45,051 nucleotides of DNA from Frateuria sp. Soil773 (GTDB lineage: Bacteria > Pseudomonadota > Gammaproteobacteria > Xanthomonadales > Rhodanobacteraceae). Location of the stretch: NCBI RefSeq assembly GCF_001428405.1, contig NZ_LMSL01000041.1, positions 188,526 to 233,576 on the forward strand. Reading direction: 5' to 3'. Position numbers and translations under genes: made by a program. The notes below the pieces were generated by a model. The model was not told the origin of the DNA. It saw nothing but the letters and a program-made list of their open reading frames with translations, and made no database searches. Each line of letters starts with the position of its first letter. Positions within the stretch are counted from its first letter, which is position 1. Below are positions 34,045 through 45,051 of the stretch, one piece after another.

Positions 34045-34955
34045 CAGGCAGCCTCCGGCAGGTCGGTGTCGCGGGTGAGTTCGGTGAACGCCTCGGCCAG
34101 GCCGGCGCGCTGCACTTCCAGTTCGCGCAGGGCCGGGTCGGCGTCGAGCAGGCGGCGCACCACCGCTACCGCGTCGGCGGTGGCGATCTGCAGCCGGCCG
34201 TCGGCGCAGGACGCCGAGGCCACCTGCGGCCAGCGCGCCACCGCGGCGGCGTCGAGGTCGCTCACGCAGCGGATGCGCGACAGCGCCACCTTCGCGCGCA
34301 GTTCGTCCACGCTGCCCTCGCTGAGCACGCGCCCCTTGTCCAGCACCACCACGCGCTGCGCCAGCGCCTCGGCCTCCTCCAGGTAGTGCGTGGTGAGCAC
34401 CACCGAGCAGCCTTCGGCGACCAGCCGGCGCATCGCCGCCCACAGCTTCTGGCGCGCGTCGATGTCCATGCCCACGGTGGGCTCGTCGAGAAACAGCAGC
34501 TCGGGCCGGCCGCACAGCGCCAGCGCGAACTGCACGCGTCGCTGCTGACCGCCGGAGAGCTTGCCGTAGGGCCGCTTCAGCAGGTCGCCGACGCCGGCCA
34601 GCGCGGCGCTTTCGGCCAGCGGGCGCGGCGCGGGGTAATAGCTGGCGGTGAGGCGCAGCAGTTCGCCCACGCGCAGGGTCGGCGGCAGGTTCGACGACTG
34701 CAGCATCACGCCGATGCGCCGGCGCGCCTCGATCCGCTGCGGATCCAGGCCGAACAGCTCGGCGCGGCCGGCATCGGGCCGGATCAGCCCCAGCAGCAGG
34801 CCGATGCTGGTGCTTTTGCCGGCCCCGTTGGGGCCCAGCAGCGACAGCAGTTCGCCGCGGCGCAACACGAGGTCGACGCCATCCAGCGCGGTCTGCCTGT
34901 CATAGCGTTTCACGACGCCGGCGAGGCGGGCGACGGGTACGGATGATTCGGTCAT
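34044..34955 (-). CDS. ABC transporter ATP-binding protein
   Basis: Walker A GPNGAGKST, signature LSGGQQRR, Walker B LLFLDEPT. Confidence 0.85.
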   Translation of the reverse strand: MTESSVPVARLAGVVKRYDRQTALDGVDLVLRRGELLSLLGPNGAGKSTSIGLLLGLIRPDAGRAELFGLDPQRIEARRRIGVMLQSSNLPPTLRVGELLRLTASYYPAPRPLAESAALAGVGDLLKRPYGKLSGGQQRRVQFALALCGRPELLFLDEPTVGMDIDARQKLWAAMRRLVAEGCSVVLTTHYLEEAEALAQRVVVLDKGRVLSEGSVDELRAKVALSRIRCVSDLDAAAVARWPQVASASCADGRLQIATADAVAVVRRLLDADPALRELEVQRAGLAEAFTELTRDTDLPEAA

Positions 34956-35244
34956 GGGCTGTCCCTCCTTGCACTGCAGCGTAGGCGGACCAAGGGCTTG
35001 ACCCCAGTCGCCGGCGTCAGCCGTCGCGGATGACAGCCGTCATGCCGGGGGTACCGGCGCCCCCGGCCGGCGCGTTATGCTCGGGGATGCCACGGCGCAG
35101 CCGGTCTCCATACGCTGCCGCGCCACCCCACTTTTGCCGTTGCGGAACCGGCCGGCGCCGGTACGGCCGCAGCGCAAGCATCAAGCAAGTCGGCCTGCTT
35201 CGCGCTGGGTGCGAGGCGCCGACCGATTCCTGAGGAGGTTAGTC

Positions 35245-36741
35245 ATGGGTGTGATCGAACAGTTGCGCGAACTGCGCGAATTTGGCGGCAAGCCGCGGAC
35301 CACCGGCCTGGACGACGCCAGCATCGAGCGCATGGCCGCGAACGACCCGCAACTGGCCCAGGCGATCGGCGAGGCGTTGGCCCGCCACCGCGAACTGCGC
35401 GCCGGTCTGGCCGATTTCCTGAAGCTGGACGAGTCCGAGCAACTGGCGCAGGCGCAGGCGGGCTTCGTCAACTTCTATCCGGACGATGCGGTCAACCCGT
35501 ACCTGCCGGCCGCGGCCCGCGGGCCGTGGATCGTCACCCTGAAGGGCGCCGTGCTGCACGACAACGGCGGCTACGGCATGCTCGGCTTCGGCCACAACCC
35601 TCCGGCCATCCTCGAAGCGATGAGCCGCCCGCAGGTGATGGCCAACGTGATGTCGCCCAGCGTGTCCCAGTTGCGCTTCGCCCAGGCGATGAACCGCGAG
35701 CTGGGCCGCAGCCGCGGCGGCAGCCCGTACCACCACTACCTGTGCCTGAACTCCGGCTCGGAATCGGTCACCCTGGCCTGCCGCATCGCCGACGTCAACG
35801 CCAAGCTGATGACCGACGCCGGCGCCCGCTACGCCGGCCGCACGATCAAGCGGCTCGCCGTGAAGGGCGCTTTCCACGGCCGCACCGACAAGCCGGCGCT
35901 GTACTCCGACTCGTCGCGCAAGGCCTACCAGCAGCACCTGGCCAGCTACCGCCACGAGGACAGCCTGATCACCGTGGCGCCCTACGACGTGGCGCAACTG
36001 GAGGCCGCGTTCGCCGACGCCGACAGGCACGGCTGGTTCATCGAGGCGATGTTCCTGGAGCCGGTGATGGGCGAAGGCGACCCGGGCCGCGCGGTGACGC
36101 CGGCGTTCTACAAGGCCGCGCGCGAACTGACCGAATCCCACGGCAGCCTGCTGCTGGTCGATTCGATCCAGGCTGGCCTGCGCGCGCACGGCGTGCTGTC
36201 GCTGACCGACTACCCCGGCTTCGAGCAGTTGCCCGCGCCGGACATGGAGACCTTCTCCAAGGCGCTCAACGCCGGCCAGTACCCGCTGTCCGTGCTGGCG
36301 GTGAACGACCGCGCCGCCGGCCTGTACCGCAAGGGCATCTACGGCAACACGATGACCGCCAACCCGCGCGCGCTGGACGTGGCGCTGGCCACGCTGGAAC
36401 AGCTCACCGACGAGGTGCGCGCCAACATCCGCGCCCGCGGCGAGGAGTTCGTCGCCAAGCTCGAGGCGCTCAAGGACGAACTGGGCGGGCTGATCACCAA
36501 GGTGCAGGGCACCGGCCTCTTGTTCTCCTGCGAGCTGGCGCCGCAGTTCAAGTGCTACGGCGCGGACTCCATCGAGGAGTACATGCGCGAGCGCGGCGTG
36601 GGCGTGATCCACGGCGGCACCAACTCGCTGCGCTTCACCCCGCACTTCAACGTCACCAGTGCGGAAGTCGACCTGGTGGTCCAGAACGTGCGCCAGGCGC
36701 TGCTGAAGGGACCGCGCAAGCAGGCCGCCGAAGCCGCCTGA
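35245..36741 (+). CDS. Class-III PLP-dependent aminotransferase (putative L-lysine 6-aminotransferase-like)
   Basis: Strong RBS tgaGGAGGttagtcATG. AT-III fold motifs (LNSGSESV, LLVDSIQAG, KG..GG). About 55-aa N-terminal extension relative to typical family members. Confidence 0.65.
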   Translation: MGVIEQLRELREFGGKPRTTGLDDASIERMAANDPQLAQAIGEALARHRELRAGLADFLKLDESEQLAQAQAGFVNFYPDDAVNPYLPAAARGPWIVTLKGAVLHDNGGYGMLGFGHNPPAILEAMSRPQVMANVMSPSVSQLRFAQAMNRELGRSRGGSPYHHYLCLNSGSESVTLACRIADVNAKLMTDAGARYAGRTIKRLAVKGAFHGRTDKPALYSDSSRKAYQQHLASYRHEDSLITVAPYDVAQLEAAFADADRHGWFIEAMFLEPVMGEGDPGRAVTPAFYKAARELTESHGSLLLVDSIQAGLRAHGVLSLTDYPGFEQLPAPDMETFSKALNAGQYPLSVLAVNDRAAGLYRKGIYGNTMTANPRALDVALATLEQLTDEVRANIRARGEEFVAKLEALKDELGGLITKVQGTGLLFSCELAPQFKCYGADSIEEYMRERGVGVIHGGTNSLRFTPHFNVTSAEVDLVVQNVRQALLKGPRKQAAEAA

Positions 36742-36764
36742 CCGGCCGCTGGCCAGGCACCTCG

Positions 36765-36802
36765 CAGAGAGGGCGCGTCCGCGTTGCGGGCGCGCCCTCT
36801 GC
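36765..36802 (+). terminator. GC-rich hairpin terminator after the aminotransferase gene
   Basis: GCAGAGAGGGCGCG-N12-CGCGCCCTCTGC. Confidence 0.45.
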
Positions 36803-36937
36803 GCATGCGCCCGCCGCCGGCAAGGCGGCGCATGAACCGATCCATGCACGCAAGAACTTGCGGCATGCGCTGCCCGCTTTCCCCGGCATAGACTCGCCCC
36901 TGCCGGTAGCTGCCGGTCACTCAAGGAGGGTTTCGCC

Positions 36938-37282
36938 ATGTCCTTTCGCTACAGCCTGATCGCCGCCGGCGCCGCGTTGCTGATCGCCGCCACCACCGCC
37001 TCCGCGGCGGCACCGCAGGCCGCCAAGAAGGCGCTCACGCCGCAACAGCAGCGCATGTCCGACTGCAGCAAGCAATCCGCCGGCAAGAAGGGCGACGAGC
37101 GCAAGGCCTTCATGAGCACCTGCCTGAAGGGCGGCAGCACGGCCGCCGCGCCGGCCAAGCAGACCCAGCAGGAAAAGATGAAGAGCTGCAACGTGGACGC
37201 CAAGGCCAAGGCGCTCACCGGCGACGCCCGCAAGGCCTTCATGAGCACCTGCCTGAAGGGCGGCGCCGCGGCCTCGCCGTAA
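36938..37282 (+). CDS. psiF: PsiF-repeat protein (phosphate starvation-inducible PsiF family), secreted
   Basis: Signal peptide, then two internal repeats ([31 protein letters not shown] and [33 protein letters not shown]). RBS aaGGAGGg. Confidence 0.8.
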   Translation: MSFRYSLIAAGAALLIAATTASAAAPQAAKKALTPQQQRMSDCSKQSAGKKGDERKAFMSTCLKGGSTAAAPAKQTQQEKMKSCNVDAKAKALTGDARKAFMSTCLKGGAAASP

Positions 37283-37305
37283 CGCGCCTTCACCGGCCCG
37301 TGGCG

Positions 37306-37330
37306 GATGCCGGCCTGCACGGCCGGCATC
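37306..37330 (+). terminator. Perfect 10-bp stem hairpin downstream of psiF
   Basis: GATGCCGGCC-tgcac-GGCCGGCATC, with no U-tract. Confidence 0.4.
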
Positions 37331-37415
37331 CCGCTCGGCCGGCACACATCGATCCGCTAAGCTTCCGACTGCCGCGGCGCGCAGGCGCGCCGCCTTCCAG
37401 CACAGGCAGTCCCGC

Positions 37416-38054
37416 ATGGCCATTACCGAAGTCCACCACCCGCTGATCCAGCACAAGCTCGGCCTGATGCGCCGCGCCGGCATCAGCACCAAGGAATTCC
37501 GCGAGCTGGCCTCCGAGGTCGCCGCCCTGCTCACCTACGAGGCCACCAAGGACCTGGAAACCGTCGCCGAGCGGATCGAGGGCTGGGCCGGCCCGGTCGA
37601 GGTGCGGCGGATCAAGGGCAAGAAGATCACCATCGTGCCGATCCTGCGCGCCGGCATCGGCATGCTCGGCGGCGTGCTGGAGCTGATCCCTTCGGCCAAG
37701 GTCAGCGTGGTCGGCCTGCAGCGCGACGAGCAGACCCTGCAGCCGATCGCCTACTACGAAAAGCTCAGCGGCCGCATGGACGAGCGCATCGCGCTGATCG
37801 TCGACCCGATGCTGGCCACCGCCGGCACCCTGGTCGCCACCGTGGACATGCTCAAGGCCGCCGGCTGCAAGCGCATCAAGGGGCTGTTCCTGGTCGCCGC
37901 GCCGGAAGGGCTCAGGCGCATCGAGACGGCCCATCCGGACATCGAGATCTACACCGCCTCGATCGACCAGCGGCTCAACGAGAACGGCTACATCCTGCCC
38001 GGGCTGGGCGACGCCGGCGACAAGATCTTCGGCACCAGGCAGTTGCCGACGTGA
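37416..38054 (+). CDS. upp: Uracil phosphoribosyltransferase
   Basis: [19 protein letters not shown] aligns with E. coli Upp MKIVEVKHPLVKHKLGLMR. PRPP motif [12 protein letters not shown]. Confidence 0.9.
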   Translation: MAITEVHHPLIQHKLGLMRRAGISTKEFRELASEVAALLTYEATKDLETVAERIEGWAGPVEVRRIKGKKITIVPILRAGIGMLGGVLELIPSAKVSVVGLQRDEQTLQPIAYYEKLSGRMDERIALIVDPMLATAGTLVATVDMLKAAGCKRIKGLFLVAAPEGLRRIETAHPDIEIYTASIDQRLNENGYILPGLGDAGDKIFGTRQLPT

Positions 38055-38150
38055 AACTGCGACGGCCTCGGTAGCGGCCGCGCGCGGACCGCGTCACAGT
38101 TCCGCCACGCGGGCGGGGCCTGCGTCGCCGAGGCGCGCATCCGGGGGGAT

Positions 38151-38173
38151 GTTTCGCGGAACTGTCGCGAAAC
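38151..38173. promoter_or_regulatory. Perfect inverted repeat GTTTCGCG-N7-CGCGAAAC about 60 nt upstream of the nuclease gene
   Basis: Seen directly in the sequence. A candidate operator. Confidence 0.4.
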
Positions 38174-38232
38174 CTTGCTAGCGTCCGGCGAAACCACGAT
38201 CCAGCCGGATCCCAGCGAGGGGAAACACAACG

Positions 38233-41019
38233 ATGAAAGGATTACCCAGGCAGCATGCCGTGTGCGCGGCATTGCTCGCCATCGCGTCGACGTTCGCGGC
38301 GCAGGCCGCCGACCTCAGCATCAACCAGTTCCGCGTCCGCGGCCCCGCGGGCGGCAACGACGAATTCGTGGAGCTGTTCAACGCCGGCAGCGCCACGCTC
38401 GACCTCTCCGGCTACAGGCTCAACGCCTCCAACGCCAGCGGCACCACCGGCACGCGGCTGACCTTCGCCAGCGGCACCTCGATCGCGCCGGGCTGCTACC
38501 TGCTGCTGACCAACGGTGCCGCCAGCGGCTACTCCGGCAGCGTGGCCGGCGACCTCAGCTACAACACCGGCATCACCGACGACGGCGGCCTGGCCCTGCT
38601 CGACGCCGGCGGCAGTCCGGTCGACCAGGTCGGCCTCAGCGCCGGCTCGGCCTACAAGGCCGGCACGCCGCTGGCCTCGCTCGGCAGCGCCAACGCGGAC
38701 AAGGGCTACGTGCGCAAGAGCAACGGCGCCGGCGCGCCGCAGAACAGCGGCGACAACAGCGCCGACTTCGTCACGCTCAGCCCCACCGTGCCGCACAACC
38801 ACGCCAGCCCGTGCGTGGCACAGGGCCCGGCGCTGTCGATCGCCGACTCGACCGTCACCGTGCGCGGCGCCGGCGACCTGAGCATGCCGTTCACCGTGAC
38901 GCTCAACCAGCCCGCACCCGCCGGCGGCGTCACCGTGCACGCAGCGACCCAGGACGACAGCGCCACCGTCGCCGCCGGCGACTACGACGCGGTGGACACC
39001 ACCCTCACCATCGCCGAGGGCCAGACCCAGGCCAGCTTCAACGTCACCGTGCACGGCCAGTCCACCGGCAGCGCGGACAAGGCCTTCCTGGTGCAGCTCA
39101 GCGCACCCAGCGGCGGCGTGGCGCTGGCCGACGCCAGCGCGGTCGGCGCGATCCTGTACGACATCCCGGTGGCCGCCGAGATCTGGCAGATCCAGGGCCG
39201 CGAGCAGACCTCGCCGCTGCTCGGCAAGTCGGTGCTCACCCGCGGCAACATCGTCACCGCGGTGGGCCCGGCCGGCTTCACCATGCAGACCCCGGACCGC
39301 CGCGCCGACGCCGATCCGCTGACCTCCAACGGCGTCTACGTGTTCACCTCGACCGCGCCGGCCGTGGCGATCGGCGACGTGGTGGACGTCGATGCGGTGG
39401 TGGACGACTACTACCACCTCACCGAGCTGAAGAACGCCACGGTCACCGTCACCGCCCACCGCGCGCCGCTGCCCAGGGCGGTGCGCTTCGGCGCGAACGT
39501 GCCCTCCTCCGACCCGGACCACCTGTCCTGCGGCGCGACCAACTTCCAGTGCTTCGTGGGCATGCGCGTGCAGATCGACGACGGCATGATCAACACCGGC
39601 AACAAGCGCTTCAGCACCATGCCGTTCGCCGAGGTGAGCGTCACCGCCAACGGCAAGCGCTCGCTGCGCCAGCCGGGCGTGCGCTTCGGCGTGCCGGTGC
39701 CGGACGGCGTCGACCTGCCGAACTGGAGCGGCAACCCCGAGGTGTTCAAGATGAACACCGCCGACTTCGGTGCGGTCCCCGCCAACACGCCGTTCAACGC
39801 CGGCACCACGTTCCGCGCGGAGGGCGTGATCTCCTACGACTTCGGCGCCTATACCTTCATCCCGACCTCGTTCCAGGTGAAGCGCGCCGCGCCGCTGCCG
39901 CGTGCTGTCACGCCGACACCGCCGCTCGCGCTGCGCATCGGCGCGTTCAACATGGAACGCTTCTGCGACTCGGTGTTCGACACCACCTACACCTGCAGCG
40001 GCGGCAGCAAGGAGTTCACGCCGGAGGAAGTGGCGCTGAAGACCCGGCGCCTGTCCAGCTACGTCGGCAGCGTGCTGAAGCTGCCGGACGTGCTGTCGGT
40101 GGAGGAAGTGGAGACGCTGCCGGTCCTGCAGGGCCTGGCCAAGCAGCTCGGCGACGACTACCCGGTGAAGTACGACGCCTACCTGGTGCCGGGCCACGAC
40201 CCGAGCGGCATCAACGTCGGCTTCCTGGTGCGCCGCGACCGCGTGCACGTGCTGTCGGTACGCCAGCTCGGCGCGGACGAGACCTGGAACGACAACGGCC
40301 AGACCACCTTCGTCCACGACCATCCACCCCTGCTGCTCACCGCCCAGGCAGGGCTGCTGCGCTTCCAGGTGATCGCGGTGCATCCGAAGGCGCGCCAGAA
40401 CGTGGACAAGGACAATGCCGACGCCGTGCGCGACCGGCAGAAGCGCTTCCTGCAGGCCAAGTCCCTGGCCAGCCAGGTGCAGGCGTTGCAGACCGCCTCG
40501 CCGCTGACCCCGCTGCTGGTGGTGGGCGACTTCAACGCCTACCAGTTCAGCGACGGCTGGGTCGACGTGGTGGGCCTGATCTCGGGCAAGTACAAGGACA
40601 GCGAGAACCTGCTCAAGCTGGGTGGCAACATCGTGCGCCCGGCCCTGTGGAACGCGGTGGAATCGGTGCCGGCGAACGACCGCTACTCGTTCCTGTTCAC
40701 CGAGAACTTCGGCGAGATCCAGGGCTATACCAAGGCCGGCTCCGGCAACTCGGGCCGCTCCGTGCCGACCTTCCAGGTGCTCGACCACGCCCTGCTGAAC
40801 CTGCCGGCACGCCTGCGCTTCCTGCGCATGCAGTACGGCCGGGCCGACCTGGATGCGCCGGCGCAGACGCTGGACGACGCGGCCAACGCGCCGGACTGGA
40901 CCCGAGCGATCGGCGCCTCCGACCATGACGGCTTCGTGGTCGACCTGCTCGATCCGTCGCTGATCCTGCGGCCGCGCGGCGCACGTGCGCCGGACGACAA
41001 GCCGCACGGCAGGCACTGA
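38233..41019 (+). CDS. Extracellular nuclease of the ExeM/NucH type (lamin-tail domain + Calx-beta-like domain + endonuclease/exonuclease/phosphatase domain)
   Basis: Signal peptide. N-terminal LTD (INQFRVRGPAGGNDEFVELFNAG...GYRL). C-terminal EEP motifs (VVGDFNAY...SDHDGFVVDL). Confidence 0.75.
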   Translation: MKGLPRQHAVCAALLAIASTFAAQAADLSINQFRVRGPAGGNDEFVELFNAGSATLDLSGYRLNASNASGTTGTRLTFASGTSIAPGCYLLLTNGAASGYSGSVAGDLSYNTGITDDGGLALLDAGGSPVDQVGLSAGSAYKAGTPLASLGSANADKGYVRKSNGAGAPQNSGDNSADFVTLSPTVPHNHASPCVAQGPALSIADSTVTVRGAGDLSMPFTVTLNQPAPAGGVTVHAATQDDSATVAAGDYDAVDTTLTIAEGQTQASFNVTVHGQSTGSADKAFLVQLSAPSGGVALADASAVGAILYDIPVAAEIWQIQGREQTSPLLGKSVLTRGNIVTAVGPAGFTMQTPDRRADADPLTSNGVYVFTSTAPAVAIGDVVDVDAVVDDYYHLTELKNATVTVTAHRAPLPRAVRFGANVPSSDPDHLSCGATNFQCFVGMRVQIDDGMINTGNKRFSTMPFAEVSVTANGKRSLRQPGVRFGVPVPDGVDLPNWSGNPEVFKMNTADFGAVPANTPFNAGTTFRAEGVISYDFGAYTFIPTSFQVKRAAPLPRAVTPTPPLALRIGAFNMERFCDSVFDTTYTCSGGSKEFTPEEVALKTRRLSSYVGSVLKLPDVLSVEEVETLPVLQGLAKQLGDDYPVKYDAYLVPGHDPSGINVGFLVRRDRVHVLSVRQLGADETWNDNGQTTFVHDHPPLLLTAQAGLLRFQVIAVHPKARQNVDKDNADAVRDRQKRFLQAKSLASQVQALQTASPLTPLLVVGDFNAYQFSDGWVDVVGLISGKYKDSENLLKLGGNIVRPALWNAVESVPANDRYSFLFTENFGEIQGYTKAGSGNSGRSVPTFQVLDHALLNLPARLRFLRMQYGRADLDAPAQTLDDAANAPDWTRAIGASDHDGFVVDLLDPSLILRPRGARAPDDKPHGRH

Positions 41020-41037
41020 TCGGCGGAGTGGAACGAC

Positions 41038-41069
41038 AAAGGCCACGTCCGGCGACGGACGTGGCCTTT
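41038..41069. terminator. Bidirectional rho-independent terminator between the convergent nuclease and pip genes
   Basis: AAAGGCCACGTCC-ggcga-cGGACGTGGCCTTT, a 13-bp perfect stem with an A-run on the left and a T-run on the right. Confidence 0.7.
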
Positions 41070-41113
41070 CCTGTTGCAGGCTACGGCGGGGCCGCGCCCG
41101 CGGCGCCCAGGCT

Positions 41114-43706
<2,593 letters not shown>

Positions 43707-43798
43707 GCCGGCGAGACTGCCATTTGGATGTCCAAACGTCCAGTGTTGCATCGCCACATTTCTGGCATAGTGTGCTGCATCATTCGCCGGGGAACACC

Positions 43799-45031
43799 AT
43801 GAAGACCTCGTTTCCGAAGCAAGACATCCGGGTACTGCTGCTTGAAGGCGTGAGCCAGACCGCGGTGGACGCCTTCCAGCGCGCCGGCTACAGCCAGATC
43901 GAGTACCACAAGAAGTCGCTGCCGGAAAACGAACTTAAGGAACGCATCGCCGAAGCGCATATCGTCGGGCTTCGCTCGCGCACCCAGCTTACCGCCGAGG
44001 TGCTGTCGCACGCAAAGCGCCTGATCGCGGCCGGCTGCTTCTGCATCGGCACCAACCAGGTCGACCTCGGCGCCGCGCGCCTTCTCGGCATCCCGGTGTT
44101 CAACGCGCCCTACTCCAACACGCGCAGCGTGGCCGAGCTGGTGATCGCCGAAGCGATCATGTTGCTGCGCGGCATTCCGCAGAAGAACGCGCTGTGCCAT
44201 CGCGGTGGCTGGACCAAGTCCGCCGCCGGCAGCTTCGAGGCGCGCGGCAAGGTGCTGGGCGTGGTCGGCTACGGCCACATCGGCACCCAGGTGGGCGTGC
44301 TGGCCGAAAGCCTGGGCATGCGGGTGATCTTCCACGACATCGAGCCGAAGCTCGCCCTCGGCAACGCCCGCGCCGCCGCCGGGCTGGACGACCTGCTCGA
44401 GCGCGCCGACGTGGTCACCCTGCACGTGCCCGAGACGCCGGCCACCAGGCTGATGATCGGCGCCACCGAACTGACGAGGATGCGCCAGGGTAGCCTGCTC
44501 ATCAACGCCTCGCGCGGCACCGTGGTGGACATCGACGCGCTGGCCGCCGCGCTGCGCTCGAACCATCTGGCCGGCGCGGCGGTCGACGTGTTCCCGCTCG
44601 AACCGAAGGGCAACGACGACCCGTTCGTCTCGCCGCTGCTGGGCATGGACAATGTGATCCTCACCCCGCACATCGGCGGCAGCACGCTGGAGGCGCAGGA
44701 CAACATCGGCACCGAAGTGGCCAGCAAGCTGGTGCGCTACAGCGACAACGGCTCGACCCTGTCGGCGGTGAACTTCCCCGAGGTATCGCTGCCCGAGCAC
44801 CCGCGCAGCCGCCGCCTGCTGCACATCCACCGCAACGTGCCGGGCACCCTCTCGCGCATCAACGAACTGTTCTCCGCCGGCAACATCAACATCGACGCGC
44901 AGTTCCTGCAGACCGACGGCGACGTGGGCTACGTGGTGATCGACGTGTCCGCCGACGAGGCGCAGGCGAACGTGCTGAAGGACAAGCTCGCGGCGATCCC
45001 AGGCACGCTGCGCAGCCGGGTGTTGTATTGA
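43799..45031 (+). CDS. serA: D-3-phosphoglycerate dehydrogenase (with C-terminal ACT domain)
   Basis: NAD-binding GYGHIGTQVG and the catalytic RG..D...H motifs (ASRGTVVD, PHIGGST). C-terminal ACT-like LLHIHRNVPGTL. Confidence 0.9.
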   Translation: MKTSFPKQDIRVLLLEGVSQTAVDAFQRAGYSQIEYHKKSLPENELKERIAEAHIVGLRSRTQLTAEVLSHAKRLIAAGCFCIGTNQVDLGAARLLGIPVFNAPYSNTRSVAELVIAEAIMLLRGIPQKNALCHRGGWTKSAAGSFEARGKVLGVVGYGHIGTQVGVLAESLGMRVIFHDIEPKLALGNARAAAGLDDLLERADVVTLHVPETPATRLMIGATELTRMRQGSLLINASRGTVVDIDALAAALRSNHLAGAAVDVFPLEPKGNDDPFVSPLLGMDNVILTPHIGGSTLEAQDNIGTEVASKLVRYSDNGSTLSAVNFPEVSLPEHPRSRRLLHIHRNVPGTLSRINELFSAGNINIDAQFLQTDGDVGYVVIDVSADEAQANVLKDKLAAIPGTLRSRVLY

Positions 45032-45051
45032 GCGGGCGCCGCCCCCCCCCC

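Noticed and set aside
29600-34955. Idea that the two-component/ABC block is a genomic island integrated at the tRNA-like genes
   Set aside because: There are no integrase, direct-repeat att sites or mobility genes in the window. The evidence is limited to a local GC drop near 29,950-30,200 and the terminator. This is kept only as a caveat inside a finding, not as a feature call.
45041-45051. Poly-C run (cccccccccc) at the extreme 3' end of the window
   Set aside because: It sits exactly at the window/contig edge immediately after the serA stop. Most likely it is an assembly or sequencing end artefact and not a biological homopolymer.

Overview
This is a high-GC (about 70%) gammaproteobacterial chromosomal segment. 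Gene order and a family of palindromic MITE-like repeats (the ones that translate as [18 protein letters not shown]) point to Xanthomonadaceae (Rhodanobacter, Dyella or Luteibacter-like). I call about 36 genes, mostly housekeeping. Left to right: an MFS transporter with a divergent wHTH regulator; an M13 (PepO-like) peptidase followed by a tandem-repeat tract that re-copies the gene's 3' end; panE; an acyltransferase; a complete iscR-sufBCDS operon on the minus strand; divergent glnK-amtB with a sigma54 promoter; amgK-murU, the MurNAc recycling bypass; and the conserved queA-tgt-yajC-secD-secF operon. The most unusual part follows, all on the minus strand. A large secreted or anchored hypothetical protein and a lipoprotein form a two-gene module. 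Upstream of them, an rtcB RNA ligase is paired with a cytoplasmic SPFH/band-7 protein. Immediately upstream of that pair sit two tandem tRNA-like genes, both of which look non-canonical when folded by hand. The window continues with an ABC-2 transporter, two tandem paralogous DesK-like histidine kinases and a NarL-type regulator, then a class-III aminotransferase, psiF, upp, an ExeM/NucH-type extracellular nuclease, pip, and a divergent D2HGDH-like FAD oxidase / serA pair. Many long ORFs in the six-frame track are antisense artefacts of the high GC content and are not called. Coordinates of non-coding features were counted by hand from the listing and may be off by 1-2 nt.
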